Positions 1-9,390 of a stretch of 64,000 nt of DNA are shown here, in pieces. The stretch covers positions 33,756-97,755 of the forward strand of contig CAVZUR010000005.1 of assembly GCA_963778555.1 (NCBI GenBank), read 5' to 3'. Below the pieces are notes generated by a model, which was not told the origin of the DNA, ran no database searches, and was given only the letters and a program-made list of their open reading frames with translations. Numbering within the stretch: the stretch's first letter is position 1; the number at the start of each line of letters is the position of its first letter. The stretch comes from Candidatus Moraniibacteriota bacterium. Its GTDB lineage: Bacteria > Patescibacteriota > Minisyncoccia > Moranbacterales > UBA1568. The position numbers were made by a program, and so were the translations under genes.

Positions 1-941
1 GTGACCATATCCACCCGACGGTTGAAGATGTGATGCGCGTCCATTTTGACCTTTGGACTTCTGAGAGGCAGCTCATTACTGACGGCTATGTTGAGAAAGC
101 TCTCGGGATTCTCAAAGACAAAGGCCTGACGTTCGAAGAGGATGGTGCGCTGTGGCTCCGCACTACTGAGTTCGGTGATGACAAGGACCGGGTCTTGGTG
201 AAGAGCGATGGATCGAAAACGTATTTCGCTTCAGATGCGGGCTATATCCTGAACAAGATGGAGCGGGGATTCAATCTGTTCATCGAGACCTGGGGGGCGG
301 ATCACCATGGCTACATCTCCCGCTTCCGGGCCGCGACTCAGGCACTCGGCTTCAAAGGGGAGGTCCATTTCATCATCGTGCAGCTGGTGAAGCTGGTAAA
401 AGATGGCGCTGAGGTGCGCATGTCGAAGCGCGCCGGGAACGTGGTCAGTATCGAAGAGCTTATTGAGACGGTGGGACACGATGTAGCGCGCTTCTTTTTC
501 CTCATGTATAGCCCCGACACGCACATGAACTTCGACTTGGGGTTGGCTGAGGAGCGCTCGGACAAGAACCCGGTCTTCTATGTGCAGTACGCCCATGCCC
601 GGCTGGCGAGCATGTTTCGCAAGGCGGATGAGGCGAACCTCATGCCCTCCGTCAATCATCTGAACCTACTGACTCATCCGAAAGAGCGTGTCCTCATGCG
701 CGAACTCATGGTGTTTCCGGAGCTCGTCGAGCGGATGGCTGCCGAAAAGACGGTGCATCAATTGCCGCAATATGCGGTCCGGCTCGCGGATCGGCTCCAT
801 TCGTTCTATGCCGACTGCAAAGTAATCGATATGGCGAATAGGGAACTCTCTGGCGCGCGGCTCGCACTCATGCAAGCGACGAAAGCGGTTCTGGCCGAGA
901 CGCTTCGACTCATGGGTATCGGCGCGCCGGAAGCGATGTAA
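1..941 (+). CDS. argS: arginyl-tRNA synthetase, C-terminal ~310 aa (5' end outside window)
   Basis: Reading frame is open to the window edge. Translation shows ArgRS catalytic-core and anticodon-binding motifs (VLVKSDGSKTYFASDAGYILNK, GADHHGY). TAA stop at 939-941. Confidence 0.85.
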   Translation, partial: DHIHPTVEDVMRVHFDLWTSERQLITDGYVEKALGILKDKGLTFEEDGALWLRTTEFGDDKDRVLVKSDGSKTYFASDAGYILNKMERGFNLFIETWGADHHGYISRFRAATQALGFKGEVHFIIVQLVKLVKDGAEVRMSKRAGNVVSIEELIETVGHDVARFFFLMYSPDTHMNFDLGLAEERSDKNPVFYVQYAHARLASMFRKADEANLMPSVNHLNLLTHPKERVLMRELMVFPELVERMAAEKTVHQLPQYAVRLADRLHSFYADCKVIDMANRELSGARLALMQATKAVLAETLRLMGIGAPEAM

Positions 942-1045
942 CATCAAAAGAAACATCACTATGTCTGACAAGGAATCACGTCCGGATACGAATGCATTTC
1001 TATTTGCCGCCCACCTCTATGTCCTCGTAGTGGGGACACTTATCT

Positions 1046-1705
1046 TTGCGATCGGATCAGACATCTCTCACGCGGTCGAGGCGTATGGCCGAACCTATGG
1101 TAGCTAAGTATCAGCGAAACGCGTATTGCCTGGTCCGGCACGGCGAGGCAGACAACAATGTTCTCGGGATACTGAGTTCGATGAAGAGCCGGAAGGAGTA
1201 CGCGTTGACTGAGCGCGGGAAGTTGGCGATATCCGCGACGGCGGCATTCCTCGCCAAGGAGGAGCCGGACTTCATTGTTGCCTCGCCGATACTGCGCGCG
1301 CGAGAGAGTGCCGAGATCATCCAGGTTGCGCTCAGCATCCCGCTGACGATCGATTCGCGCCTCTGTGAAGCACGCTTCGGGAATTTCGAAGAAACGAGCC
1401 ATCAGGCGTTCTTGGATTTCATGCGTATACATGGGACACGAGCTGTCGGAGCGCCCGAGCTCGGCGTCGAGGGCTACATGGACATCCGTGAGCGCGTCCG
1501 GGCGTTTCTCGAATCGGTGAACGCGGCATTCCAGAACAAGAAAATAGTCATTGTTTCGCATGCGGATACACTCCAGGAACTCTACGCAGAACTTCTCGGT
1601 GAGCCGATAGGTGCGGAACAGGGGGAAGGACGCTGGTTCCCTGAAAAGGGAGCTTGCCTAGTCGTGAGTCTGGATGGGACGAAGAGTTTTGCGCCGGAAA
1701 GATAG
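1046..1705 (+). CDS. histidine phosphatase superfamily protein (phosphoglycerate mutase-like)
   Basis: N-terminal LVRHGE (RHG catalytic motif), about 200 aa; true start may be an internal Met. Confidence 0.6.
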   Translation: MRSDQTSLTRSRRMAEPMVAKYQRNAYCLVRHGEADNNVLGILSSMKSRKEYALTERGKLAISATAAFLAKEEPDFIVASPILRARESAEIIQVALSIPLTIDSRLCEARFGNFEETSHQAFLDFMRIHGTRAVGAPELGVEGYMDIRERVRAFLESVNAAFQNKKIVIVSHADTLQELYAELLGEPIGAEQGEGRWFPEKGACLVVSLDGTKSFAPER

Positions 1706-1767
1706 TGTTGTCGTGACCGGGTGAAAGCGCTGATGGTACACTGATTCCGTAATCTCTGAACGCCTGT

Positions 1768-2454
1768 ATGGACAAAACTCAACACGAGGCACTGCTGGCG
1801 ACACTCGAAAATGTGGAGTCGCTCCAGGCGTACAAAGCGTCATACGATAACTATTCGGTCGGTAACCTTCCGAAATTCCTCGGTACTCTTCTCGTCACCT
1901 GCGGCAATCTCGTGTACGGTCACGCTCCCTCCTATGGGAAATTCAAAGCGGTCGAAGTGATCGCGCGCATCCCGTACCAGTCGTGGGAAGTCGCGAGCTA
2001 TACGCTCTTGACCATGTTCTACTCGAACGAACAGAGGGCGATCGAGCTTTCGAAAGTCTCGCGTTTCAGCCGGATCTCGCAGGACAATGAGACGATGCAT
2101 GTCGTCGTGCTTTCGCAACTCGCAAAGAAATACGGACAAGACGGATTCATCCGGTACACGCTCATCCCGCTCCTCTTCTCTTTCGGCTATGCGGCGGCTT
2201 CATTCATCCTCTACCTCCTCAGCCCCAAGAGCGCGCTCCAGCTCAACTATCTGTTCGAAGACCATGCCTTCTCGCAATACTCTATGTTCGTGGAGGGGCA
2301 TGCCGAAGAACTCAAGGCGAGGCCGGTCATGATCGACTTCCTCGATTTCTACGGCCGTCAGGTGAAAAGCGAATATGAGCTGTTTGTCTCGATCAAGAAC
2401 GACGAGATTGTCCATCGCAACATGTCGGCCCATAGTGCTGATGAGCTGGCATAG
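1768..2454 (+). CDS. alternative oxidase (AOX/PTOX)-like di-iron carboxylate protein
   Basis: Four iron-ligand motifs in AOX order and spacing: VEVIAR (E), NETMH (ExxH), FEDH (E..H), DEIVH (ExxH); 228 aa. Confidence 0.55.
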   Translation: MDKTQHEALLATLENVESLQAYKASYDNYSVGNLPKFLGTLLVTCGNLVYGHAPSYGKFKAVEVIARIPYQSWEVASYTLLTMFYSNEQRAIELSKVSRFSRISQDNETMHVVVLSQLAKKYGQDGFIRYTLIPLLFSFGYAAASFILYLLSPKSALQLNYLFEDHAFSQYSMFVEGHAEELKARPVMIDFLDFYGRQVKSEYELFVSIKNDEIVHRNMSAHSADELA

Positions 2455-2507
2455 GGAATTGGTCATGTGTCAATTCGTTTGGTGTCAGTAAGTAACTTCT
2501 TTCATCT

Positions 2508-3736
2508 ATGTTTGAGCTCTTCTCTTTCATCCAGTATCTACTGCTTCAGGGGGTAGGGCTTATCATCGCGATCGGCGTCGGTGGACTCTTTATCTTCATG
2601 GTTCTTCGCAAGCTTCACTCGCGGGTGATGACCTGGGCTCTGTTCCTTTTCTTCTTTGGTACCTGTCTCTTTCTCTATGTGCCGATGGGCGTGCCCCAGA
2701 CGATCGCCTTTCCCTTTGGACTGAAAACTTTTGGGCCATCAGAGGGTCCCTGGCTTCCTCTAAAAAATGTTTTTTCCTTCTTTTCACACTTCCAGCAATT
2801 TGCCAAGGTAACTGACATTGCTGCGGATCCAGATGTTACAAGGGCAGCTAAAGGTACTAAGGGGGGTGAGGTTGAGATTCGTATCACAGCCAAAGAAGTG
2901 CTCTCGGAAATTGCGCCGAGCGTCACTATGAATTACTGGACCTTTGATGGAATAGTCCCGGGACCATTTTTGCGAGTGCGCGAGGGTGACCGAGTGCACC
3001 TCACGCTCACCAATGACCCGACCAGTCTCCATCACCACAGCATTGACCTTCACGCGGTCACGGGCCCCGGTGGTGGAGCGGCTGTGACCAATGTGGCACC
3101 CGGCGAATCCAAGGATTTCCGTTTCCGGGCCATAAATCCAGGACTCTATGTCTACCACTGTGCTCACCCCAATGTGGCCAATCACATGGCCCATGGTATG
3201 TATGGAATGATTTTGGTCGAACCAAAAGAGGGGCTACCCAAAGTAGATAAAGAATTCTATGTAATGCAGGGGGAAATCTATACCTCAGAAAAAATGGGTG
3301 CTCGGGGACTACAGGTGATCGATGCGCGCAAAATGCTTTCGGGGGATGCAGAGTACTTTACCTTCAATGGCCGCGTGGGTGGGGTGAATGGAAAAATGAT
3401 GGCAAAGGTCGGTGAGACTGTGCGTATCTATTTTGGCAATGGTGGTGTCAATCACATTTCCTCGTTCCACGTGATCGGTGAGATATCGACACGGTCTATC
3501 CCGAGGCCTCTGTCGGCGGGGCCCTCTTCAAAAATGTCCAGACGACGCTAGTGCCTGCTGGTGGGGCGACGGTAGTAGAATTTAAGCTGGAGGTTCCTGG
3601 GAGATACATTCTCGTTGACCACGCTTTGGCACGGCTCGACCGCGGAGCCTGGGGTGTACTTGAGGTGACGGGAGAGGAGAATAAGGATGTATTTGAAGGA
3701 AAAACAGATTCCAATGCGGCAGCTGAAGGACACTAA
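2508..3736 (+). CDS. nirK: copper-containing nitrite reductase (NirK family) with N-terminal 2-TM anchor; reading frame broken by a single -1 shift near 3482
   Basis: Cupredoxin motifs [13 protein letters not shown] and [20 protein letters not shown] (type 1/type 2 Cu ligands). The C-terminal cupredoxin domain continues in another frame (3482-3736, ...[24 protein letters not shown]...). Confidence 0.7.
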
Positions 3737-3739
3737 TCT

Positions 3740-3995
3740 TGGATTGCCAGGGGCATGAAAAAGTGGTATCGTTGCTACACAATCTTGAAAGGCGCTTGAG
3801 GGGTCATCAGCCCCAATGCTGTGGGAAGAAAGCCATCCTGTGCTCGGAAGCTTCGGAATGGTGAATAGACCTCACCGGGTAGGCCCGTAACAGCCTTCAT
3901 GAAGTCTGCCGTTCGGCGGAGAAGTAAGGTGGTACCACGATTTCCGAATCGTCCTTAGCGCAAAGCGTGTTAAGGATTTTCTTTTTTTCTCTACC
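3740..3995 (+). promoter_or_regulatory. putative T-box riboswitch leader (Ile) with intrinsic terminator, upstream of ileS
   Basis: AAGTAAGGTGGTACCACG (3922-3939) matches the T-box antiterminator consensus AATTAGGGTGGTACCGCG in 14 of 18 positions. It is followed by the hairpin CCTTAGCGC-AAAGC-GTGTTAAGG (3953-3975) and a T-tract (3976-3990), directly 5' of the ileS start. Confidence 0.5.
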
Positions 3996-3998
3996 CCT

Positions 3999-6989
3999 AT
4001 GCCATTCCGAAAAGTCGACGCCAAAGTGGATTTCCCGAAGCTCGAGGAAGGGATACTGAAGTTCTGGAGTGAGAACGGGATTTTCGAGAAGTCGGTGAAG
4101 AAGAATCCCGAAGACAAACCCTTCATCTTTTACGAAGGGCCGCCGACTGCCAATGGCAAGCCGGGGCTGCATCATGTCCTGGCGCGATCGTTCAAGGACA
4201 TCATCCCGCGGTACAAAACGATGAAGGGCTATCGGGTGGCGCGGAAGGCCGGCTGGGATACGCATGGGCTCCCGGTCGAGCTTCAAGTCGAAAAGGCGCT
4301 GGGGCTCAGGAGCAAGCAGGATATCGAGAATATCGTGCCGGGTGATGCTCGGGCGAGCGTGATCGAGTTCAACCGGCAGTGCAAGGCATCGGTCTGGGAA
4401 TACCGCGATCTCTGGGAAAAGATGACGACCCGGATGGGGTACTGGGTGGACATGGAACATCCGTATGTGACCTACGAGAACGAATATATCGAGTCGGTCT
4501 GGTGGCAGTTGGCTCAGATCGCAGAGATGAAAACTGAGGTAGGAGAATCATTCGTCTACAAAGGGCACAAAGTCGTGCCGTATTGCTACCGCTGCGGGAC
4601 GGCGCTCTCATCGCATGAAGTGGCCCAGGGGTACAAGGTGGTCAAGGATCTCTCGGTGACGGTTGAATTCGAATTGATCGGCGAAGCGGTGAAGACTTCG
4701 GTACTGGCTTGGACGACCACTCCTTGGACGCTGCCCGGCAATGTCGCGCTCGCCGTGAACAAGGATATCGATTATGTCACGGTCGAAAAAAAAGACGAGG
4801 GCGTCGGCGAAACGGTTCGCTTCATCGTCGCCAAAGATCGTTTGAAATCAATTTTCGGCGAGGAAGGATACGCCGTAGTGGATGAATACAAGGGCTCAAA
4901 GCTCGTGGGTCGTTCCTACAAGCCGCTGTTTGATTACTATGCGTCGGACGAAACGGTGAAGCATCGCGAGAACGGGTGGAAGATCTATCATGCGGATTTC
5001 GTCACGACCGACATCGGCACGGGCATCGCTCACGAAGCGCCGGCCTTTGGCGAGGACGATATGGAACTCGCGCGAGCTGAGAAACTGCCGATTATCCATC
5101 ATGTGAAGCTGGATGGGATGTTTGAGGAAGTGGTAACCGATTTCGCCTCGCTCCTCGCGAAGCCGAAGGACGATCCACAGGCGACGGATGTCGAAGTGAT
5201 CAAGCATCTGGCTCACGCGGGGCGTCTGTTTTCGAAAGAAAAGTATGAGCACGAGTATCCGTTCTGCTGGCGCTGCGATACGCCGCTCATCTATTTTGCC
5301 AAGCCGTCATGGTTCATCCGGATGAGCGAGCTTTCCACGGCTCTGGTGGCGAACAATGATCAAGTGTCTTGGGTACCCGAGAACATCAAAGAAGGACGTT
5401 TCGGCGAATGGTTGCGCGGCGTGAAGGACTGGGCGATCTCTCGCGAACGGTACTGGGGGACGCCGCTGCCGGTCTGGGAATGCGAGCAATGCGATGCCCG
5501 AAAGATTCTTTCATCGGCCAAGGAGCTGAATGCGCTGGAGGATTTGCATAAGCCCTACATCGATGATGTGACTTTTGCGTGCGCGTGCGGCGGGACGATG
5601 AGACGGACGCCGGAGGTGATGGATGTCTGGTTCGATTCCGGCTCGATGCCCTTGGCGCAGTTCAATTATCCGGATGCGGTCACCGAAGACGACAAGCGAA
5701 GCATCGAATCAGGGAAGTATTTTCCGGCGGACTATATCTGCGAAGCTATCGATCAGACGCGGGGCTGGTTCTACACGCTGCACGCGATCGCGACCTTGCT
5801 CCATCGGGCGGGGAAAGTCCCGATGGGCCATGCTTTCAAGAATGTCATCTGTCTCGGGCATCTCCTCGATGGCGAAGGGAAGAAGATGTCCAAGTCGAAG
5901 GGGAATGTCATCGACCCATTCGAGATGTTCGATCAGTTCGGCGCCGATCAACTGCGTTGGTTTCTCTTCTCTATCAATCAGCCGGGACTGCCGAAACGCT
6001 TCGACCTGAAGGGGATGCGCGATGTGCAGAACCGCGTGTTCCGCATGCTCTGGAACTCGTACTCATTCTTCACGACCTATGCCTCGATCGATAACTGGGA
6101 GCCGAAAAAAGACGCGAAGTCTTCAGACAACCTGCTCGATCGCTGGATCCTTTCCGAGACGCAGGTTCTGATACGGGAGGTAGACGCTCTACTCGAAGGA
6201 TATGATGTGTATACTGCGACGCAGAGCATTGAAAGCTTCATCGACAATCTGTCGAACTGGTATATCCGCCGCAGCCGCAAGCGTTTTTGGAAGTCCGAGG
6301 ATGACGGCGACAAGGAACAGGCGTATCAGACGCTCTACACTGTCCTCGTCACGCTCGCGAAGCTGATGGCCCCGTTCACGCCGTTCATCGCTGAGGAAAT
6401 CTATCGCAATCTGGTTGGCGAAGAGTCTGTTCATCTCGCCGAGTATCCCGTTGCAGATGAGAGTTTGATTGAGGAGAAGTTGAATGGAGACATGAATCTT
6501 TTACGCGATGTGGTAACTACTGGATTACAGTTTCGAGCAGAAAAGAAAATTAAAGTGAGGCAACCATTGAGTAAAGTTCTGCTTCCTCAGAAGTACGAAT
6601 CCATTTTTGATCGAGTAACGAGTGATTCTGATGAGTGGGGCAGTATTCTATATGAAGAATTAAATGTGAAGGGTGGCTCATTAGGGAATTATGAAAAAGT
6701 TGAGCTCGATATCGAAATCACCCCCGAACTGAAACTCGAAGGAGAGGCGCGGGAAATTATTCGAGCGATCCAAGAGGGGCGGAAGAAAGCCGGGTTCAAT
6801 GTGGAGGACAGGATAGTGCTTGGCTACACGGGCAAAGATGCAGTCTTCGCGAACAAAGAGCTGAAGGATCTCATCCTGCATGAAATTCTCGCAACATCTG
6901 TACAGTCGGAATCGCTGGCTGATGCTGACTATTCCGAAGCCGTCGACATCGAAGGGGAGAAATTTGCGTTCACTTTGAAGCGCGTATGA
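3999..6989 (+). CDS. ileS: isoleucyl-tRNA synthetase
   Basis: 996 aa; HIGH-type motif (PGLHHVL), KMSKS ([10 protein letters not shown]) and editing-domain motifs; no internal stops. Confidence 0.95.
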   Translation: MPFRKVDAKVDFPKLEEGILKFWSENGIFEKSVKKNPEDKPFIFYEGPPTANGKPGLHHVLARSFKDIIPRYKTMKGYRVARKAGWDTHGLPVELQVEKALGLRSKQDIENIVPGDARASVIEFNRQCKASVWEYRDLWEKMTTRMGYWVDMEHPYVTYENEYIESVWWQLAQIAEMKTEVGESFVYKGHKVVPYCYRCGTALSSHEVAQGYKVVKDLSVTVEFELIGEAVKTSVLAWTTTPWTLPGNVALAVNKDIDYVTVEKKDEGVGETVRFIVAKDRLKSIFGEEGYAVVDEYKGSKLVGRSYKPLFDYYASDETVKHRENGWKIYHADFVTTDIGTGIAHEAPAFGEDDMELARAEKLPIIHHVKLDGMFEEVVTDFASLLAKPKDDPQATDVEVIKHLAHAGRLFSKEKYEHEYPFCWRCDTPLIYFAKPSWFIRMSELSTALVANNDQVSWVPENIKEGRFGEWLRGVKDWAISRERYWGTPLPVWECEQCDARKILSSAKELNALEDLHKPYIDDVTFACACGGTMRRTPEVMDVWFDSGSMPLAQFNYPDAVTEDDKRSIESGKYFPADYICEAIDQTRGWFYTLHAIATLLHRAGKVPMGHAFKNVICLGHLLDGEGKKMSKSKGNVIDPFEMFDQFGADQLRWFLFSINQPGLPKRFDLKGMRDVQNRVFRMLWNSYSFFTTYASIDNWEPKKDAKSSDNLLDRWILSETQVLIREVDALLEGYDVYTATQSIESFIDNLSNWYIRRSRKRFWKSEDDGDKEQAYQTLYTVLVTLAKLMAPFTPFIAEEIYRNLVGEESVHLAEYPVADESLIEEKLNGDMNLLRDVVTTGLQFRAEKKIKVRQPLSKVLLPQKYESIFDRVTSDSDEWGSILYEELNVKGGSLGNYEKVELDIEITPELKLEGEAREIIRAIQEGRKKAGFNVEDRIVLGYTGKDAVFANKELKDLILHEILATSVQSESLADADYSEAVDIEGEKFAFTLKRV

Positions 6990-7516
6990 CCCGAGTGATT
7001 ATCTTTTGCGGCAAAAGCGGCTCGGGCAAGACGACCTTGGCCAGTGCAGTCTCGAAACGGCTGAATGTCGTCTGTCTGGCCAAAGACACCCTCAAGGAGA
7101 AACTCTATGAACTCGAGAATGGGAAAACGCTTGAGGATAGTTTTCGAGTCGGTCGGAGTGCCATTCTCCTCTTGCTTGATTTGGCGGAAGCAGCGGTCAA
7201 GAACGGCGTTGATGTCATCGTCGAGTCGCCTTTCGATCATCCGGACAATGGCGTACGATTCCAGCACTGGATCGATCTCTACGCAGCCCATGTGCGTGTG
7301 ATCGTCTGTGAGGTAGACGAAAAGACGAGATTGGAGCGTACGCTCGGAAGACCGCGCCATGCCTGCCATCACGACGAGGAACGGATCGCTCGCGGGCTCT
7401 ATGAGAAGCCAGTCTTTGATTACTCAACTTTGCCGGGAGAGAAACTGGCAGTGGATACGGCTCAACCGCTTGAAATGAATACCGCGACCGTCTTGAAATT
7501 TCTTGGTGATGCATAG
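6986..7516 (+). CDS. P-loop NTPase / predicted kinase (AAA_33-like)
   Basis: Walker A motif GKSGSGKTT at the N-terminus; the start overlaps the ileS stop (ATGA). Confidence 0.6.
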   Translation: MTRVIIFCGKSGSGKTTLASAVSKRLNVVCLAKDTLKEKLYELENGKTLEDSFRVGRSAILLLLDLAEAAVKNGVDVIVESPFDHPDNGVRFQHWIDLYAAHVRVIVCEVDEKTRLERTLGRPRHACHHDEERIARGLYEKPVFDYSTLPGEKLAVDTAQPLEMNTATVLKFLGDA

Positions 7517-7539
7517 CTATTGTTCGGACCAGCCATTGT

Positions 7540-9240
7540 GTGAGGTACAATAGACGCATGTCTGAAACCCTGAACTTCAAGCCACCGATGGAATTGCCAC
7601 CTAGCCAGCCGGAATCGCCACCTCTTTCATCGGGTGAAGTCTCCAAAGTAAAAGAGAAGTCTGTTGACGTAGACCTTTCCATTGAGGAACGGCAGACGCT
7701 TCAGGCTACACTCAAGCAGCTTGATACCAATCTGCTCGTTGCGTGGAATCGGCGAGGTGAGAAACACAAAGGTGCGAAGGGTGAAGCGCTACGCGCGGTA
7801 CGCCGCGAACTCATCCGGCAGCCAACACTCATTCAAAATGGTCTGCACTATGCTGAGACGAGGAGTCATACGCTCTCGGTGATTAATTCAGCCATCAGTC
7901 TTTTCAAGGAGCTCAATCCGCAGACGCATTTTAGCGAACGAGAGAGTTCCACCGACCAAAGCCTGATGGAGTCACTTTTTGACGCGCTCCGGAACGAGTC
8001 AGCGGCCATCACTGCGGAACTGGAGGATGAAGAGAGTCCGGACCAGGACATCACACTTTCGGTTCTGAGCGAAATGCTCGATTCACCCGATGCTGAGCAA
8101 CGTGCTTACGCAGGGGATATTCTCATTCGTCAGCTCCCGTTGCTCATGGCTAAACTCTATGCTGAGCTCGATGATCCAGACAACGAAACCTCGATCGCCA
8201 ATGCGTGGCAGAACCTGGTCTTGCGCGTTGAAGATTCGAAACAGTACATCCAGGCCAGTGGAGCGCTGAAGAATGTCTGGGAAGCGAAGGAAGAGCAGCA
8301 TTGGGGCACATTGGAGGCCAAGATCTTTCAACCGATACTCAGAGTCCGAAGCAAGCCTTTGGAGCGGAATAAGGATTTCGTCACCCGATCGGCTATCGAA
8401 CTTGCTGGCCTCGATGGTGCGCGCATCATCGATGAGTGGGGGATGGCCGGAAGCCTGGGAGAAGAAAAAAAATACGGTCCGAGCCATCAGTATGCCTATG
8501 AATCGAATCTCAAAGCGTTGTATCTATTGAAAGATCTCTCCGCTGATGCGCCGAAGGCTCTGCACGACGAGTTCGGCATCACACATTTCGGCCGCTATCC
8601 AACCGAAGTCCTCCATCGGCAGTATGAAGAGCGAGAGAATCAAGACCCATACGGTATCGTGCTCTTTCCCTACGCTGACCATAACGGTGCGTTCACGGGA
8701 ATCCCCGAAGTATTCGCGCGGCTCCAAACCGAACTCGGCGGGAACGGATTTCGCTTGCGCATCATCGAGGCTGAGTCGAAGCATGGTATCGGCAAACGAC
8801 TCCTCCATCTCGATCGAAAATACGCATCTGGTGAGGGTGGGAATCAAGTTGAGTTCGCTATCATTGGTGGACATGGAACGAAAGAGAGTATTCTCTTCGG
8901 CGATGGCCGAGGACCGAGTCAGCAGATACATATGGCCGATCTCGAGGGTCAGGGAACGACGCGCGGGGCGGCCCAGATATTTCGGAAAGGTGCGCGAGTG
9001 GCGCTCATGTCGTGCAGTACTGGCATGGCGGGAGGTATTGCGCGCAAGATGAAAGATCGTTTCGGCTGGACCGTCCTGGCACCGCCGAAGGATGTCGCGT
9101 TAAAAGATATTTCCGTCCGTTTCCACAAAGGACGCGTGATACTCGATACGGAATATCGGGACGTTATCAGCAATGAATCGGTAGCGGCGAGGATTCATAG
9201 CCCAGAAATGCCTCATTCGTCTCTTTCTCTCGATAAATAA
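7540..9240 (+). CDS. hypothetical protein with C-terminal caspase-like (CHAT/C14-like) His-Cys dyad region
   Basis: 566-aa ORF. The C-terminal part has IIGGHGTKESILFGDG ... ARVALMSCSTGMAGG, the His and Cys context of clan CD peptidases. The N-terminal ~400 aa is acidic and helical with no recognisable family. Confidence 0.5.
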   Translation: MRYNRRMSETLNFKPPMELPPSQPESPPLSSGEVSKVKEKSVDVDLSIEERQTLQATLKQLDTNLLVAWNRRGEKHKGAKGEALRAVRRELIRQPTLIQNGLHYAETRSHTLSVINSAISLFKELNPQTHFSERESSTDQSLMESLFDALRNESAAITAELEDEESPDQDITLSVLSEMLDSPDAEQRAYAGDILIRQLPLLMAKLYAELDDPDNETSIANAWQNLVLRVEDSKQYIQASGALKNVWEAKEEQHWGTLEAKIFQPILRVRSKPLERNKDFVTRSAIELAGLDGARIIDEWGMAGSLGEEKKYGPSHQYAYESNLKALYLLKDLSADAPKALHDEFGITHFGRYPTEVLHRQYEERENQDPYGIVLFPYADHNGAFTGIPEVFARLQTELGGNGFRLRIIEAESKHGIGKRLLHLDRKYASGEGGNQVEFAIIGGHGTKESILFGDGRGPSQQIHMADLEGQGTTRGAAQIFRKGARVALMSCSTGMAGGIARKMKDRFGWTVLAPPKDVALKDISVRFHKGRVILDTEYRDVISNESVAARIHSPEMPHSSLSLDK

Positions 9241-9278
9241 GCATCCGGATCTTTTCAAGCCATAACCAATCAATTCTC

Positions 9279-9307
9279 TTGACATTGATGATACTTCGTG
9301 ATACCAT
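9279..9307 (+). promoter_or_regulatory. sigma70-like promoter (TTGACA-17-TACCAT)
   Basis: -35 TTGACA at 9279-9284, 17-nt spacer, -10 TACCAT at 9302-9307; RBS GAAGGAG sits just before the 9391 start. Confidence 0.4.
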
Positions 9308-9390
9308 GGTGCTTCGTAACTTTCCAACTTAACTTCACCTAATTCCCCCCATTCTTCGGTTTTTTGTGTGTTTTGTGAAGGAGAAGCCCC

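Noticed and set aside
5369-6434. Short ORFs in alternate frames inside ileS (e.g. 5579-6094, 5623-6009, 6189-6434 minus)
   Set aside because: They lie entirely within a well-conserved 996-aa IleRS reading frame and their translations are low-complexity.
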